Origin: Halocafeteria seosinensis | Lineage: Eukaryota | NCBI GenBank assembly: GCA_001687465.1 | Contig: LVLI01000608.1 | Location: 1-47,555 of the forward strand | DNA length: 47,555 nt | Reading direction: 5' to 3' | Shown here: one piece after another, positions 1-12,106 of the stretch | How the letters are laid out: the number at the start of each line of letters is the position of its first letter | Numbering within the stretch: the first letter of the stretch is position 1 | Program-made: the position numbers and the translations under genes | The notes under the pieces: model-generated | Told to the model about the DNA's origin: nothing | The model's input: the letters and a program-made list of their open reading frames with translations, nothing else | The model's database searches: none

Positions 1-70
<70 letters not shown>
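1..70. repeat. (CA)35 microsatellite at the window start
   Basis: Perfect CA dinucleotide run directly visible. Confidence 0.98.
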
Positions 71-72
<2 letters not shown>

Positions 73-796
73 GAAGTGCATGAAGCTGTATTGTATAGCC
101 CCCAATTTCAGATGTTCTGGTAGCACTGGCCCCTTCATGGGTATTTGGACGTACGTCAGTCTGCTTGATTTTCCCTCAGCGTACCGTGGCCCATTTGGCG
201 TGTCAGGTACAAAACCGTACCTGGGTACCTTTAAATTACCTTTTGAAAAGGGTACAGCCGGTACGGTACAAGTTCCAGGTATGGCCACACCAGCTCATTT
301 ACATGCTCATTTTTTCTTGGACCCCAATGGTCTCATACATTTCACTGAATCTCAGCAGAACGTGTGATACCATTTTTACTTTCATTTGATAAGTCCGTAT
401 GGTGTGGATGGATGGAAAATATTGAACCCGCGGGTTCTGGAACTTCCAGTGGTTCATCGGGACCACCTCAGCGGCAACCGCGGAGGCACCGTCACTGTAT
501 CCTGTGTGAACGGCTGGTGGACTCTTTTGCACTGGTATCATTATACTATCATATCAGTGGGATGATTCGAGATAGCTTCTGAATTTCAATGAAACAAGGG
601 CAGGGAGTGAGGCCAAGTATTTCGACTACACAACGTTCATGCATTCATCTAGATTCTTATTCAAATAGGAACCTAGAATACTTTCAACGCCGCGCTAGCT
701 CTCCAAAGAAAATAAAAACGAAAATAAAATTTTAAAAAAATACGCTGTTAACGTTCTAAGAAGCAGATGCGTCGCTCTTTCCATGTGTGGGCCTAC

Positions 797-2192
797 CTAA
801 ATAACACCGCAGTCCTTCAAGATACCAATGAATTCATTTTCACCGCGATAATACCGCATCCATCGTTGGGCAATAGTTTTCTGAGGAGTGTATCCATTTT
901 CATCAGTCTTTGGAGGGCAGCCGCCATGGACCGTTTTGGAATCAAGCAGCAACTCGGGGTCATGGTTGAACCACTGCATAAATAAATAAAGGACAGCACA
1001 CACTATCAAAGAACACAAGAAGTCATTTAGAATTAGCGTACCATGATTGCATCCCCTTGGCGAGGCCGGAACTTGAGGACGCGGGGATGATCGCAAAATT
1101 GCTGCATACTAGGTTGGACATCCTGATGGGTTTCTCCCACCTCCGGCAAGTCGGAGTCATCCCATGCAGGATCAGCTTCATCTTCGGGGAGGGTGATCCC
1201 AGTAAGTTTCGACAAATTTTTTGCCTGAGAGGGTTTGACTCGAGCATGCGGAAATACTGTTTCTCCTCCCAAACCCTCGGGAACATCTTGAAGGAAAACA
1301 AGGACAGTAACAAGTCTCCCCAATTCCATACTGCTGTCAAAATGAAACTCATATTTCTGGTATTCCGAATATCTCGTCAATTGCAGTACTTCTCCAAACT
1401 TTGTCGGCATGGCTGCCTCTCGATGCATCTTGTCAACGACTGTCTGAATAATTTCGTCCGAATCCCCGCTTTCCTCAATAAATGCCGATTCCGAATTGCG
1501 TAAGTCCTTGGAAGATTTCCCCATAGTCTGTCAAATATACGGCAACAACAAAGCAAAGGCAAACAGTCGTTTTCTCAATCTTCGTCAGGTTGCTGCATCG
1601 ACAGACAACGTACCTCACTTGGTTTGAAGTAGGGTTCCGCCACATCCAAGAGGCGCTCACATTCTTCGGGTGATAGCATCTCTCTCAGGTAATACAATCT
1701 CTGCGGACCATTCTCCGCGTACGTGTTGTCGATCATGTATCGTTCGCCTACACGATGGCGCTTGTCATGTTCATCTTCCAAGCCACGTCGTCTGCGAGTG
1801 ATATCCTCGGTCGAGAACGATCCTACTTGGGTATTTCCACCGGAATCTGTTTCTACGTTCTCTCGGATCCTCTGTATCTCCTCGGTAGACTGTTGTTGAT
1901 GGCGTAATAGCTCCAATATCTCATTTTGCTGCTTCTCCAGACGCCGCAAAGCCCCTTCTGAGACCCCTGTTTCGGGCGAATTGCTGCTTTCTAAGGCATT
2001 TCCAGAGCACATGGACACGATATACATGGTACTGCACACGGAGACGGCACTGATAATGGATGTGAGACATATAAGCAGAGCAATGAGCCTGCATTTGGAC
2101 CCAGAGGAAGATGTGGTGCCCTCAGTAGCAGCGGAACCAGTTCCTCCTCCCTCCCCCGTCTTGGAGGGCGACGATTTCGAGGAGGGCGCCAT
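797..2192 (-). CDS. Prolyl 4-hydroxylase-like 2OG-Fe(II) dioxygenase, type II membrane-anchored; 3 exons
   Basis: Exons 2192-1614, 1527-1042 and 973-797 join in frame across GT-AG introns 1613-1528 and 1041-974. Motifs: LSPEECERL, LQLTRY..YEFHFD (HxD), VFLQDV..GGETVFP, PRQGDAIMW, VHGGCP, KTIAQRWMR. There is an N-terminal TM helix. Confidence 0.9.
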
Positions 2193-2354
2193 AGCTCTCG
2201 TCTTATTACACGGTAAAAACACAAGACAAATACTCCAACGGGGAGCTACAGTATCCGAATAATACGCCTGGGGACGCTAGCTTCACAAAGAGTGAGGCAA
2301 GGGCGACTCGCCGACGCGGTCACAGCCGAACGTGGAACTACTGACTGAGTTACC

Positions 2355-2376
2355 TGTGTGTGTGTGTGTGTGTGTG
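2355..2376. repeat. (TG)11 microsatellite in the divergent P4H/MFS intergenic region
   Basis: Directly visible. Confidence 0.95.
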
Positions 2377-2679
2377 CGAGTTGTGTGTAGGGAAGTGGCT
2401 CAAGAAACATGATACCGGAAAGTACACAGTCCCGGTGTCATGTGGCGGGAGACGTGGCACACCAAATCAACTCTATGTTGCCCACCACCGACGACTCGGG
2501 GGGAGGAGACCAAGGTGAAGTTGCAACCAACGATTCCGACGAGGGTGACCTTCACAAGCCATGTAGCCTCTTTAGGGGACTCACTCGTTGCACAATAGAA
2601 TGCAATGGTTCGTGACGACAGCAGGGAAGGGTATTCATGCATACTCTGATGCTCCCTATCGCCGTGATTGAGGAGGCCA

Positions 2680-4699
2680 ATGACATCTGTGTACGTCGAA
2701 CCCCACGAGCATCGCAACGATCATGGCATGCAGTCCATGCATGCACACGATACGGAGGCTCTTTCAGCGACACCAAGGGAGGGTGGAATGCTCTCTTCTA
2801 GCCAGGATGGCCAAAACCTGGAGACGGAGGAGGAGACCTCCAGCTTACTAAATCAGGAGCAGCAACATGCCCACGTCAGTGGAGAAGAAGGGCGAGGAAA
2901 TGGCGAGAAAGATAGCGGTCATGCTCATACTGACGGAGGTCTATCGAATGCGCAAATTCAACAGTTTGCTGTTCTTTGTGTGATGAACTTGTCGGAAGCA
3001 TTCCAGTACGTCTCGGCATATACACGCTGTGACTGTTGTGTGGGCTAAGTGCGTAGGTGCTCCTGTTGCTTTACTCGCAGAATTAATGTCATATGGCCAT
3101 TCGTACCGAATCAGGTCGAGTGGTTTGGATTCGAGGTGGAGCAAGTGGGCAAATACGTCGGAATGTTAGCTGCTAGTTTTTTCCTCTGCCAGTTCATCAG
3201 TAGTTTTGCTTGGTATGTGGCAGTGGGTTGCCGTCTTTTTATCTCATCTTACAATAGTTGTGTTCTGGGTTGTTACAGGGGGATTCTCTCGGATCATGTC
3301 GGCAGAAGACCCACTTTGTTAATGGGTCTTTTAGGAACTAGTCTGGCGATGTTAGGGTACGGCTTTAGCCAATCTTACCTTCAAGCAATGTTATTTCGGT
3401 CCTTGGGTGGATTGCTGAACGGGAACATTGGAATCACCAAGACTTACATGGGAGAAATAACAGATAGCAATACGCAGTCCCGTGGTTTTAGCCTTTTGGC
3501 ATTGTATGTAGACACTCTTACCGAGATGGGTAGATGCTTATTTTGAGTGTGACTCATGAATGCTTTGCGCGTACAGCAACTGGGGAATAGGATCAATCAT
3601 TGCGCCCATTGTGGGAGGCTATCTTAGCAGTCCAGTTACTCAAATACCCTCAATATTTAATGGGAGCAAATTCTTCAACACGTTTCCTTACTTTCTACCT
3701 TCCGCAGCATCAGCACTGGTAGCTCTAGTAGGCGTTGTACTAGGATACTTTTATCTACCTGAAACGGAGGCGTTCAAGCGACATATAGCTCATGATTCAG
3801 CGAGAAAGACCAGCTCAAACTTTGTTTTGTGGGTGCAAACACGTTGTGCATGTTGCAAAGCGAAGAGAGGTTATTCAAAATTGGATGAGGTGTCTGCCAA
3901 CGAGACCGAAATCGGCATACTAAACACTGATCGTACGGAGAACAGAGAGCCGACGGAAGGAGTTCGCAATGGGGATACTAACATAGACAAATCTGCTTGC
4001 CAGCAAAACTGCACCACGGAAAGAAGCAACACAGAGTCAGAGTCTATCCGTTCTCGTATATTTCGGGACAGAAATGTCATGTTTGGTATCACGGCGTATG
4101 CATTGCTTGCTTTAGGGACAATTTTATTCGACGAACTGTTCTCTGTCTTTTTGCAAACACCGAGAAAACATCAGGGATTAGGACTTAAGGAACGCGATGC
4201 AGGTACTGCGTTGACCATTTCCGGCGTTGGGCTTGTTGTATACCAATTGTTCTTCTACCCAAAACTAGCCGACAAGCTTGGGAAGAGAAAGATGTTTCTT
4301 CTTGGTTCCGTTCTACTGATTCCTTTCTTTTCATTCTTCCCAGTACTCCATTGGGTTCCCGAAGGGCTTGTCTGGCCCCTGTTGGGTCCGTGGATAGTTA
4401 TTAAGGCTCTTTGTCTAGCAAACGGGTTTACCAGTATCATGATTCTTATCAATAACGCAGCGCAGGGAAACAATTTAGGGATCGTAAATGGTATTGCTCA
4501 AAGTTCCAGTTCTCTTACTAGATGCATTGGTCCATTCTTGGGTGGATCGATCTTTTCGCTAAGTCTAACGTGGGAATCCAATCCCTTGGGTGTATTTGCT
4601 GCGTACGTGCTAATGGGTCTGGTCATGTTCGTATGTTCTTGTTTTGCCTACGCACTACCTAAATGGACCGACTATGCTCCTTCACAACGCGAAAGCTGA
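2680..4699 (+). CDS. Major facilitator superfamily transporter (ZIFL1/TCR-Tet-like), spliced; 5' end uncertain
   Basis: MFS motif A (GILSDHVGRRPTLL), LFRSLGGLLNG, WGIGSIIAPIVGGYL and a second-half repeat (LADKLGKR). It has about 12 hydrophobic helices. Short GT-AG introns link ORFs 2668, 3049 and 3560. N-terminal ETSSLL resembles an acidic dileucine sorting signal. Confidence 0.9.
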
Positions 4700-4747
4700 A
4701 GGAGTATTACGAAGCTATTCTCAAATCTATCCCGGTAGGATGAGAAG

Positions 4748-6484
4748 CTACATGTTCCTGAAGTTGTCCACGAGATTGGATATTCCAGAGCGAATTGTGT
4801 CAGCGCGGTCTGAAAGACGACCTCTTACATTCTCAAAGTCAGATCCGAGTTGGGCACCAACGGCAGAGACAAAGTCTCCGAGTGCTTCTGAATTTTCTGG
4901 GTCAAGTGAAGAAGAGCCCCCAGAACGGCCAGCGGTAGCGTTATTAAAATACATATCCGACGATATCGCCTGTGCCCCTTGAAATCTATCTGATGCAAAC
5001 GAAGTGGCCTGAGAACTGGAAGCGTCATCACTGTAGAAATCGGAACTGCTGATCGCCTTCTTGTTCTTTAGGCGGTTCAATCGTTCAGCGGTGCTTTCTG
5101 AAGGCTGATTGTTTTTAGCAGAGTGGTTGTTTGCAGTAGATCCCTCTCCGGAACTTGAAACCCCATACTTGCTGACGTCCTGAGCAGCGGAACTTTCGGA
5201 AGAATACTTGCTTGTCGGCGATTGCGGAGCTTTCGTCTCCAACTTAGGTTGTGCCGGCTGATGCCAGCCTTCGAAATCGTCACTTTGTGCCGCACCTGAG
5301 TTGGATTCATTCTTGTTTGCACTTACAGGTTTGGCCCCCAATCCGCCAATGCGTTTTCCACCGAGTCCACCCTTCTTTCCGCCCGTTGAGAAACGGCTCC
5401 GATTTCCCAAGAAAGAACCAGGCTTTTTCTGGGCGTAGTGTACAGTAGATGTGGTAGAATCTTCTGAGGATGCAGCGGTACTTCCGTTCTCAGGCTTGTT
5501 TGCCTTCTCGGTGACGGCAGAAACGTTTAAACGGCCAATAGGAGTCGGCTCCTGCCGGCTCGAGGAGGCGGTCATGTAGTGATGAGAGTGGGGATCATGC
5601 TGCACCTGAGTGTGGGCGGGTTTATGATTAGCATGCGAATTTTGCTCTTCTTTTACCCGTTGCTTTTCTGCTTCCACGTTCGTCCATGCGGACGGAAGTG
5701 GTGCCGGGCTTCCTCCCGAGGAGTTGCTTGCGCTGCCTGGCCGATCCTCGGTAACATGTGAGCCGATTGGTGCTAGACTTTGACCGCTCGGAGCTTGTTC
5801 CACCACTTCTCCTTCTTCGATAGCCACTTGCTTAGCAAGGTGTTGGCGATACAAGCTTGCAGCACGCGAAGCATATTTCTCTTCAATCTGTAGTGGGTAG
5901 CATGTAGTATAGTTGTTTAGAACTTAAAGGTCTATATCACACACATACTTTGACGTCGGCTCCGTCGACCCACCCTTTCGACTTAAAAAACTGCCTAGCG
6001 CGCTCATTTCCACCCACTTTCATCGTAGTCAGTTGCTTTGGTTTCCACTTGTCCAGTTCTGTGGATCTGACAAACGTAACATGGGTGCCCATGCGCCGAT
6101 GCACCGCCGAGCAGTCAATACAGAGGAAGATGCCGTAGGTCACAGACGCCCACGAGGGATTCCGAGCCGCGCAATCAAAACACGTCTGCAGCAAGCATCG
6201 TAATGCTCATTCCTTGTGGGAGAGAAGACAGGGAAGGGGGAACCAGCTCCAAATACATACTCGATTGCCCTGTTGTGTTCGAAGTTTTTTAAAGACTGCA
6301 TCCCTTTCACTATCATCTGCGGCACAATGAAACAACGCAGTAAAAACATCCTATTTCTCTCTGTATAGCACAGAGGAGCTGAAGGAGCACACATACCGAC
6401 ATATATGCTGCTGCCGCTGCCGCTGTTGCTGTTGCCGCCAGTGCTCGGGTGGTGGTGGTGGTGTTGCCGGCTATATGAGGACAT
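4748..6484 (-). CDS. ADP-ribosylation factor GTPase-activating protein, ArfGAP2/3 (Glo3) type; 4 exons
   Basis: ArfGAP zinc finger [37 protein letters not shown], followed by [10 protein letters not shown]-terminal Glo3 motifs [10 protein letters not shown] and [10 protein letters not shown]. Upstream exons encode [10 protein letters not shown] and [18 protein letters not shown]. Confidence 0.93.
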
Positions 6485-6983
6485 ACTACGCACTTGCCAA
6501 AGAAAGAAATGGCTGTCTAGAGCAGTAGCGAATGAAAGAAAGAAAGAATCAAGGTCACTAGCTTTTCTATACGCAAGCCAAGACAAGCCACGCTAGGGGG
6601 GAAAGAAAATCCCACTCTCTGTCTCGCCAGGGAGGGAGGGAACTCGGCGCTTCTTGCTTGCAACGTAGATAGACAGGTGGGTGGGTTGTCTATAGACGGA
6701 AACTAAATACTAGATTGTCTCTTGGTTTGTCTCCCTGACCAATACTAATATGAATACCTATGTATGGTACATCCCACCCTGGGGTATTCGTTTTCACGTC
6801 ACGGGGTAACTGACAATTTGACGAAGACAATTGGTTGGTAACAGAAAAAGCAGTGAACAGTCTAGACGGTAGGATCAGTGGTGAATCAATTAATGTGCTA
6901 TTTTTATTCGGTTTCAAGGGACAATCATATTAATATTGAAGGCAAAGATCAGGTCTTGTTTCAAAGATTCTAACACAGCGTAA

Positions 6984-6999
6984 ACACACACACACACAC
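6984..6999. repeat. (AC)8 microsatellite
   Basis: Directly visible. Confidence 0.9.
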
Positions 7000-7049
7000 G
7001 CGGTTTTCGGGACCACTACTAACTTGCAAAAACATGATGCTCACGTTGC

Positions 7050-7880
7050 TTCAGTCATTAATATATGCCGAATCAGCGCTGGAGTTCAGCTAATACATAC
7101 GCTTGTTATTAGCATCCTCAGCAACGAAGCAGGCTACTCTGTCTACAAGATCAGTTGACATATCAGAGCCAAGCGACACGCATTGCTTACCTTAACGGGT
7201 CAATGGCCGCGACAAAGCAACGCCATTGATATCTACTAATATATGGTAGTAGACTGGCCGAATTGCTTCAGACCTATCATACTGAATCACTGGTTAGACA
7301 TCATTCTGCACTTGACACAACCATCCTCAGCAATTCCTAATTCAGCAAGCAGCGAGAGGTAACGAGACGAGTACAAAACGCATCGAACCGGAGAACCGAA
7401 ATTACTGGTCTCAGAATGTTCTGGGTGCATAAGTTTGTCCGCAGTCCAGCTAAGGCTAGGAACAGGTCTGTAATAGCTTGCTCTTCATAGACCGGCAAAG
7501 TTTCGATGGGGAACCTTCTCACATAGCACTAAATACAAAATTGGTTGAGTGTAGCCACGAACGACGAAGAAAATAAGCCATACATAACAGAAGCGGCCAA
7601 AAATCCATAGACAATGGTGCTCCGTGGAGGGACAAATTAACGAGGGCCTCAGTATTAACGAGATTCCAAATACTGATTTGTCTTCAAATCAAGGAGCTCT
7701 TTATTTGCGCATCCTTGAATCGGTTGTCCCTATCAGATGATCTTCATTGGCCGATGTAAACAGCACAGGCAGAGAGATAGACAGGCAGACACAAAGCAGC
7801 AGGAACGTCGACGACAGTGCAGACCTTGCTGTGTTTCGCGTTTGCTCAGCTGATATCACATCATTAGTTCTCGGCATGGT
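7050..7880 (-). pseudogene. Probable decayed gene, possibly a membrane protein
   Basis: Protein-like hydrophobic fragments (STFLLLCVCLSISLPVLF; STIVYGFLAASVMYGLFSSSFVATL; ITDLFLALAGL) are interrupted by many stops. An intact-looking GTAAGC...TTGTAG intron lies at about 7191-7143. No family recognised. Confidence 0.3.
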
Positions 7881-8378
7881 CCCATTCGCATGGTACCAAT
7901 TTGGAGTAGCTGGTTCAATATCTTTCATCCTTGCAAAGCATAACAGCATCCCGGTCGGGGGACAAAAAGCCCGGTCACTGACACCCTGCGCCTACTACGA
8001 AAACGCACTCACAGACATAAGCGCTATACATCCACAGAAAATGCAACGATACTAGACTATGATTATTATCTTCTTGATTGGGGATTGAGGTTGCGAGGTA
8101 TTGATTTTCATTTCACTAGCTTATAAAGGGGAACGAAAGAAGCGGGAGGTTTGTCTTTCCACGCTCTATTGCACACGAATGAAAAGAGATTCATCCCTCC
8201 ATACTCTACCTACGACTAGAAAGAAAGACACCAACTATGTTTCAACGCAATTTCAAACCTACTGACGACTCTATACTTAATTCATGTTCTTCTGAATTTT
8301 GTCCGAAAAATGGGCCAGCCCGGAAGCCGGGATTTGGGCCCGGTTATTTTTGATCCGTGAGACTCTCTGGGTAGTTTA

Positions 8379-9735
8379 TTGCTAACTTCGCTGCTCGTTG
8401 TACAGATGTCCATTCGCTTGCTTGAGGACGAAGTCGAGATCAAGGCTGATCGACGCAGATGTACAGCCTGTACAGGCCATGCTTCGAATTCTGACTTCGA
8501 GAGACCATCCACGATCGCCAATGTTCCAGTTTTACAGATATGCGGTCCGTTCACCGAATTTCCGGCATGCATCAAAGGTAGTCGACACCATGAAATACTT
8601 GAATATCGACTTGATGTGCCCGGTAGTTCGCTGAAGTTGCAAAGTAAGACGACCACTAAGTGCGAGAAGTGACGTCCTACGTCAATACATTCACATACCT
8701 ACTGTCGACGGCTGAGTTCAACCAAAAGCGGATGTAGCGAATATCGATAGGGGAATATAGAATTTTGCGAGTAGCACCAATGATACCCACAATGCTTACG
8801 CTTACATACATGTAGGTCCCTGGTAAACACTCCTCATTCTCCCAACTTCTACAAGACATGTTGTTTGGCCACGAACCAAACTCTGCAAACTGGTAGCTGG
8901 TTTGTATACAAACGAGTAAAACGGACACATCGAGAACCACCAATTAGTCAAAAGGACACCCCGACTTGGCAGTTCACAGCATGGATGCATTGTAGAATGA
9001 TGGTAAGGCCGCATTAGCTCTGCCGCATACATGTATGTAATGTGCACCGTGTGTGGCGAAGCACGTAAATTGGGCCCGACTGTGAGTAGTTTTTACGGGG
9101 GAGACAAAGGGGAAAGCGACGCAGCTTTGTCTAAAAAGGAAAAAGAAAAAGATGGGAACGAAGCACCAGAGCTCCAACGTGGAGTCTCCGTTCAGGATCG
9201 CATTTGCTCAGCCGAACTGGCAGAGCGAAGAACCGAAGTCGAGGCCGTCAGGCACAGCAAGGTATGCTCATTCTGCAAACTCAGATCGGCGCACAGCAGA
9301 ATAAAGTCGACCGTTTTTTTAAGATGGCGGAGCGATTCGGTGCAAATGATGAAAATCATCGTACATGTAAGGCTGTTTCCGATGCTGAAGAAACCCTGGA
9401 CTGGCTTCGTCAGGGTTTGACGAAGCTGGACACGCAATCCGTGAACGCCAACAGGGGCGGAGTCCGGCGGACCAGGATACGGCGACTATTTGCCAGTTTC
9501 TTGGATCATTTCGCTCATTAGGCTATCCAGAGATTTTTGAAAAGTTGCTGGAGATGAAATGTGTACAGGAGAGGATCTCCGCATGCAGCGTTTTCGCAAG
9601 CCTCAGGGCCAGGAAGCGTACATCGTTATCCCCTATACGGTGTGTGTCCTGCGAGTAAGTGACGAACAAGTCGAAGTCGGAATGACTGACACTGCTGACA
9701 ATCAGTTTCGTGAAGAGGATCTGCATGAGGCATGA
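8379..9735 (+). pseudogene. Decayed coding relic with CxxC motifs, family unknown
   Basis: A chain of protein-like ORF fragments (8379-8672 with CTAC; 9031-9420 with CTVC; 9285-9521; further fragments to about 9735) is broken by stops and frameshifts. Confidence 0.4.
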
Positions 9736-10267
9736 TGAGGAGCGTGAAGGCGTCTAAATTGATAGTTGCTTTTAGCTGCTCGTGTATGACACGGTGTATC
9801 ACCCGCGAGAATCGTAAATCGATCGCCGAAATAGGAAGTTCAAAGATTAAAACTTCGCCCACAATTCAGTTGAGTGTAACGCTCCACCACCCGATTCATA
9901 CATATTGTACAACCGTACTGTACACTCGCGGGTGGCCCAGTCAGAGTCTGATCTGCACAGTAGCCGGGAGATGAGCCCGGATTTGAATTGTGGGCAATTC
10001 TTATAGCATGTTATGATAGCAGGCCTAGTTCGTCATCAAGCTCAAGAATTGGTGCCACACAGTTCGTGATCCACTGCACTTGTCTCTGTCACCTTAGTGT
10101 ATGCAGTGATAGTCAATCTTCAGCAAAGGGACGTCCGACAGACTTTTTGGAAGCCACTTCTCAGCTATTTTTGCTGTCTTTTTACCGCCACAAAGGGACG
10201 GATATCAAACTGCCAATTAAAGGGCGGCTCATATACTGCTTTAGTACTGTTTTTTATCGCTGCAACT

Positions 10268-12106
10268 ATGTCGACGACGACGAAAACGGGGAGCAGCACA
10301 ACCTCCTTCAAGACAGGAGGAGGAACTCGAGGGAAAGGAAGCACCAAACGAGCTGGTTCATCAAAGACAATGACGACGACTAGTCCCAAAGGACGGAAAG
10401 TACTTCCTCAGGATGATGACCCCAGCTGTGTTCATAAGGGGCCTCCCGCTGGGGGGAACGAGAGCTCATATAAACCGGGAACACAAGGTCAAACCAGCGA
10501 GTCTCCGTCGAGAGTGCAAGCGCATCCACAGCAGCAGCAATCACGGCCAGGAAAGACGACATCTCCAGGCCGAGGCAAACTCAAGACCAAGCAACCGAGT
10601 CTGCCGAAACTACACAAGAAACATCCTTCAGGTACCAAAAATGTGGCTGGGATCTTCAACCATTTCCCTCCCAAGCAGAAGTCCAACAGCCAAATGCAGC
10701 AGCAACAGCAGAACGCAGCGTGTAGTTACGCTACATCGATGGCCCTTGCTTCGGCTTCGGCAGCGAATGCGGCACTCAATACTGATCTTCCGGGTGATAC
10801 TAGCCAAGGTCAGCCCCAGCAAGAAGGGTTTTCATCTTACTTTGAAGCCCTAAATGAGTGTGTAAGTGTGTCACCGCTAGTCTTTCTTACATACATAAAT
10901 GACCATTTCATGGCTTCCCGTGGATGAGAAGATGCAGTACGCTAATTGCCACCAGAAACCTGTGCACCCTGGAATCAATGCCACACCTGAGCAGAAGGAG
11001 CAATATGTTTGTGTTTGAATCGTTTTGCGGGAGCTTATATGTATGTATTGATAGAACTTTGGCACCTACAGGAACGGGAACTAAAAATTTACGAGGATAC
11101 CCAACTACGGTTGCAAACAAACCAAGCAATCGTGTTAAGTCAGCAAGAACAAGAGCGGAAACGTAAGCGAGACCGAGAATACGAGGAAGGGTTGAAACTT
11201 GCTGGTAAAATCAAACCGTATTTTGAGGAAAAAGATGTATGTGTTCAATTCGCAAGCTTCTGCCGATATTGGTATTGCTGGACACTGTAATTTGTCTTTC
11301 TAATAATGCAGAGCGTCCTTCTTTCTGAATGTGAGACAATGACCTCTTTTGTTTCTTTCTTGGACTCGTCTACGGAGGCACTTGAGCTGTTCCAGCAATT
11401 TCCCAGTTACCGCCCAACCGCTGGCACTGTTACTGATCACAGTGATTGTAGTAACTCTGCAAACAACAACTTCCATGAACAGCCCAGCGACGAAGACATG
11501 CGAACACGAGTTGAGTCTGTTAAGAAGTCGTGCACGGAGGCATTCCAGACGTCTGGCGCAGCACAGCAGTGTTTGCCTAGAGCTGGTGCCTCAGCAGAGA
11601 AAAGCGGAGACGCAACTGACACAATTCATGACCCCGGAGCTTGGTCCAATGATTTTGCAGAGCAGGTAGCACAGCTCCGTCGTGTGATGGTGGATCTTTT
11701 ACTGATGGGGCAGCGCGTTATCCATTGGTATCCACATTGGGGAACTGCTTTCGTAACATATCTATCCAAGCAAATCGACGACCAAATGAGCAGCATCATC
11801 AAACAAAATGAAGCCATTGGAGCTTTCATTGACTTCCTCCAAGAAAGAAATGATCAAGTCATCCATGAAGTATTCATCCAGCCGCCCCGTAAACCGGGCG
11901 AAATTCCAAGTAAGCAACTACTTGCTACTTTGAGTAGTCTTATCTTGGGGCGTTCATGGCTGTATTTTCTTGCAGACGTACTCATGAAAATTCCCGAAGA
12001 GTACAAGCCAAAGTTTGAGAGCGATGATTCAGACATTCTCGAAATCTTTGACGAAACGAAGACTGGGAATCACGAAAAGGACGCTCCAGTAGAGGTGGAC
12101 GAATGA
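10268..12106 (+). CDS. Hypothetical protein with low-complexity N-terminus, coiled coil and helical C-terminal domain; 5 exons
   Basis: In-frame splicing across GT-AG introns at about 10862-10938, 11007-11071, 11237-11311 and 11910-11974 gives YFEALNEC|YANCHQKP..EQY|ERELKIYED..EKD|SVLLSEC..GEIPNVLMK. It contains an NLS-like RKRKR. Confidence 0.75.

Noticed and set aside
2409..2615. Upstream ORF as an extra 5' exon of the MFS gene
   Set aside because: No convincing acceptor that keeps the frame was found; it may be a uORF, but this is unresolved.
8379..9420. CxxC motifs as a Fanzor/TnpB zinc ribbon
   Set aside because: No RuvC motifs (D.G, E.L, DRD.NAA.N) were found in any frame examined.
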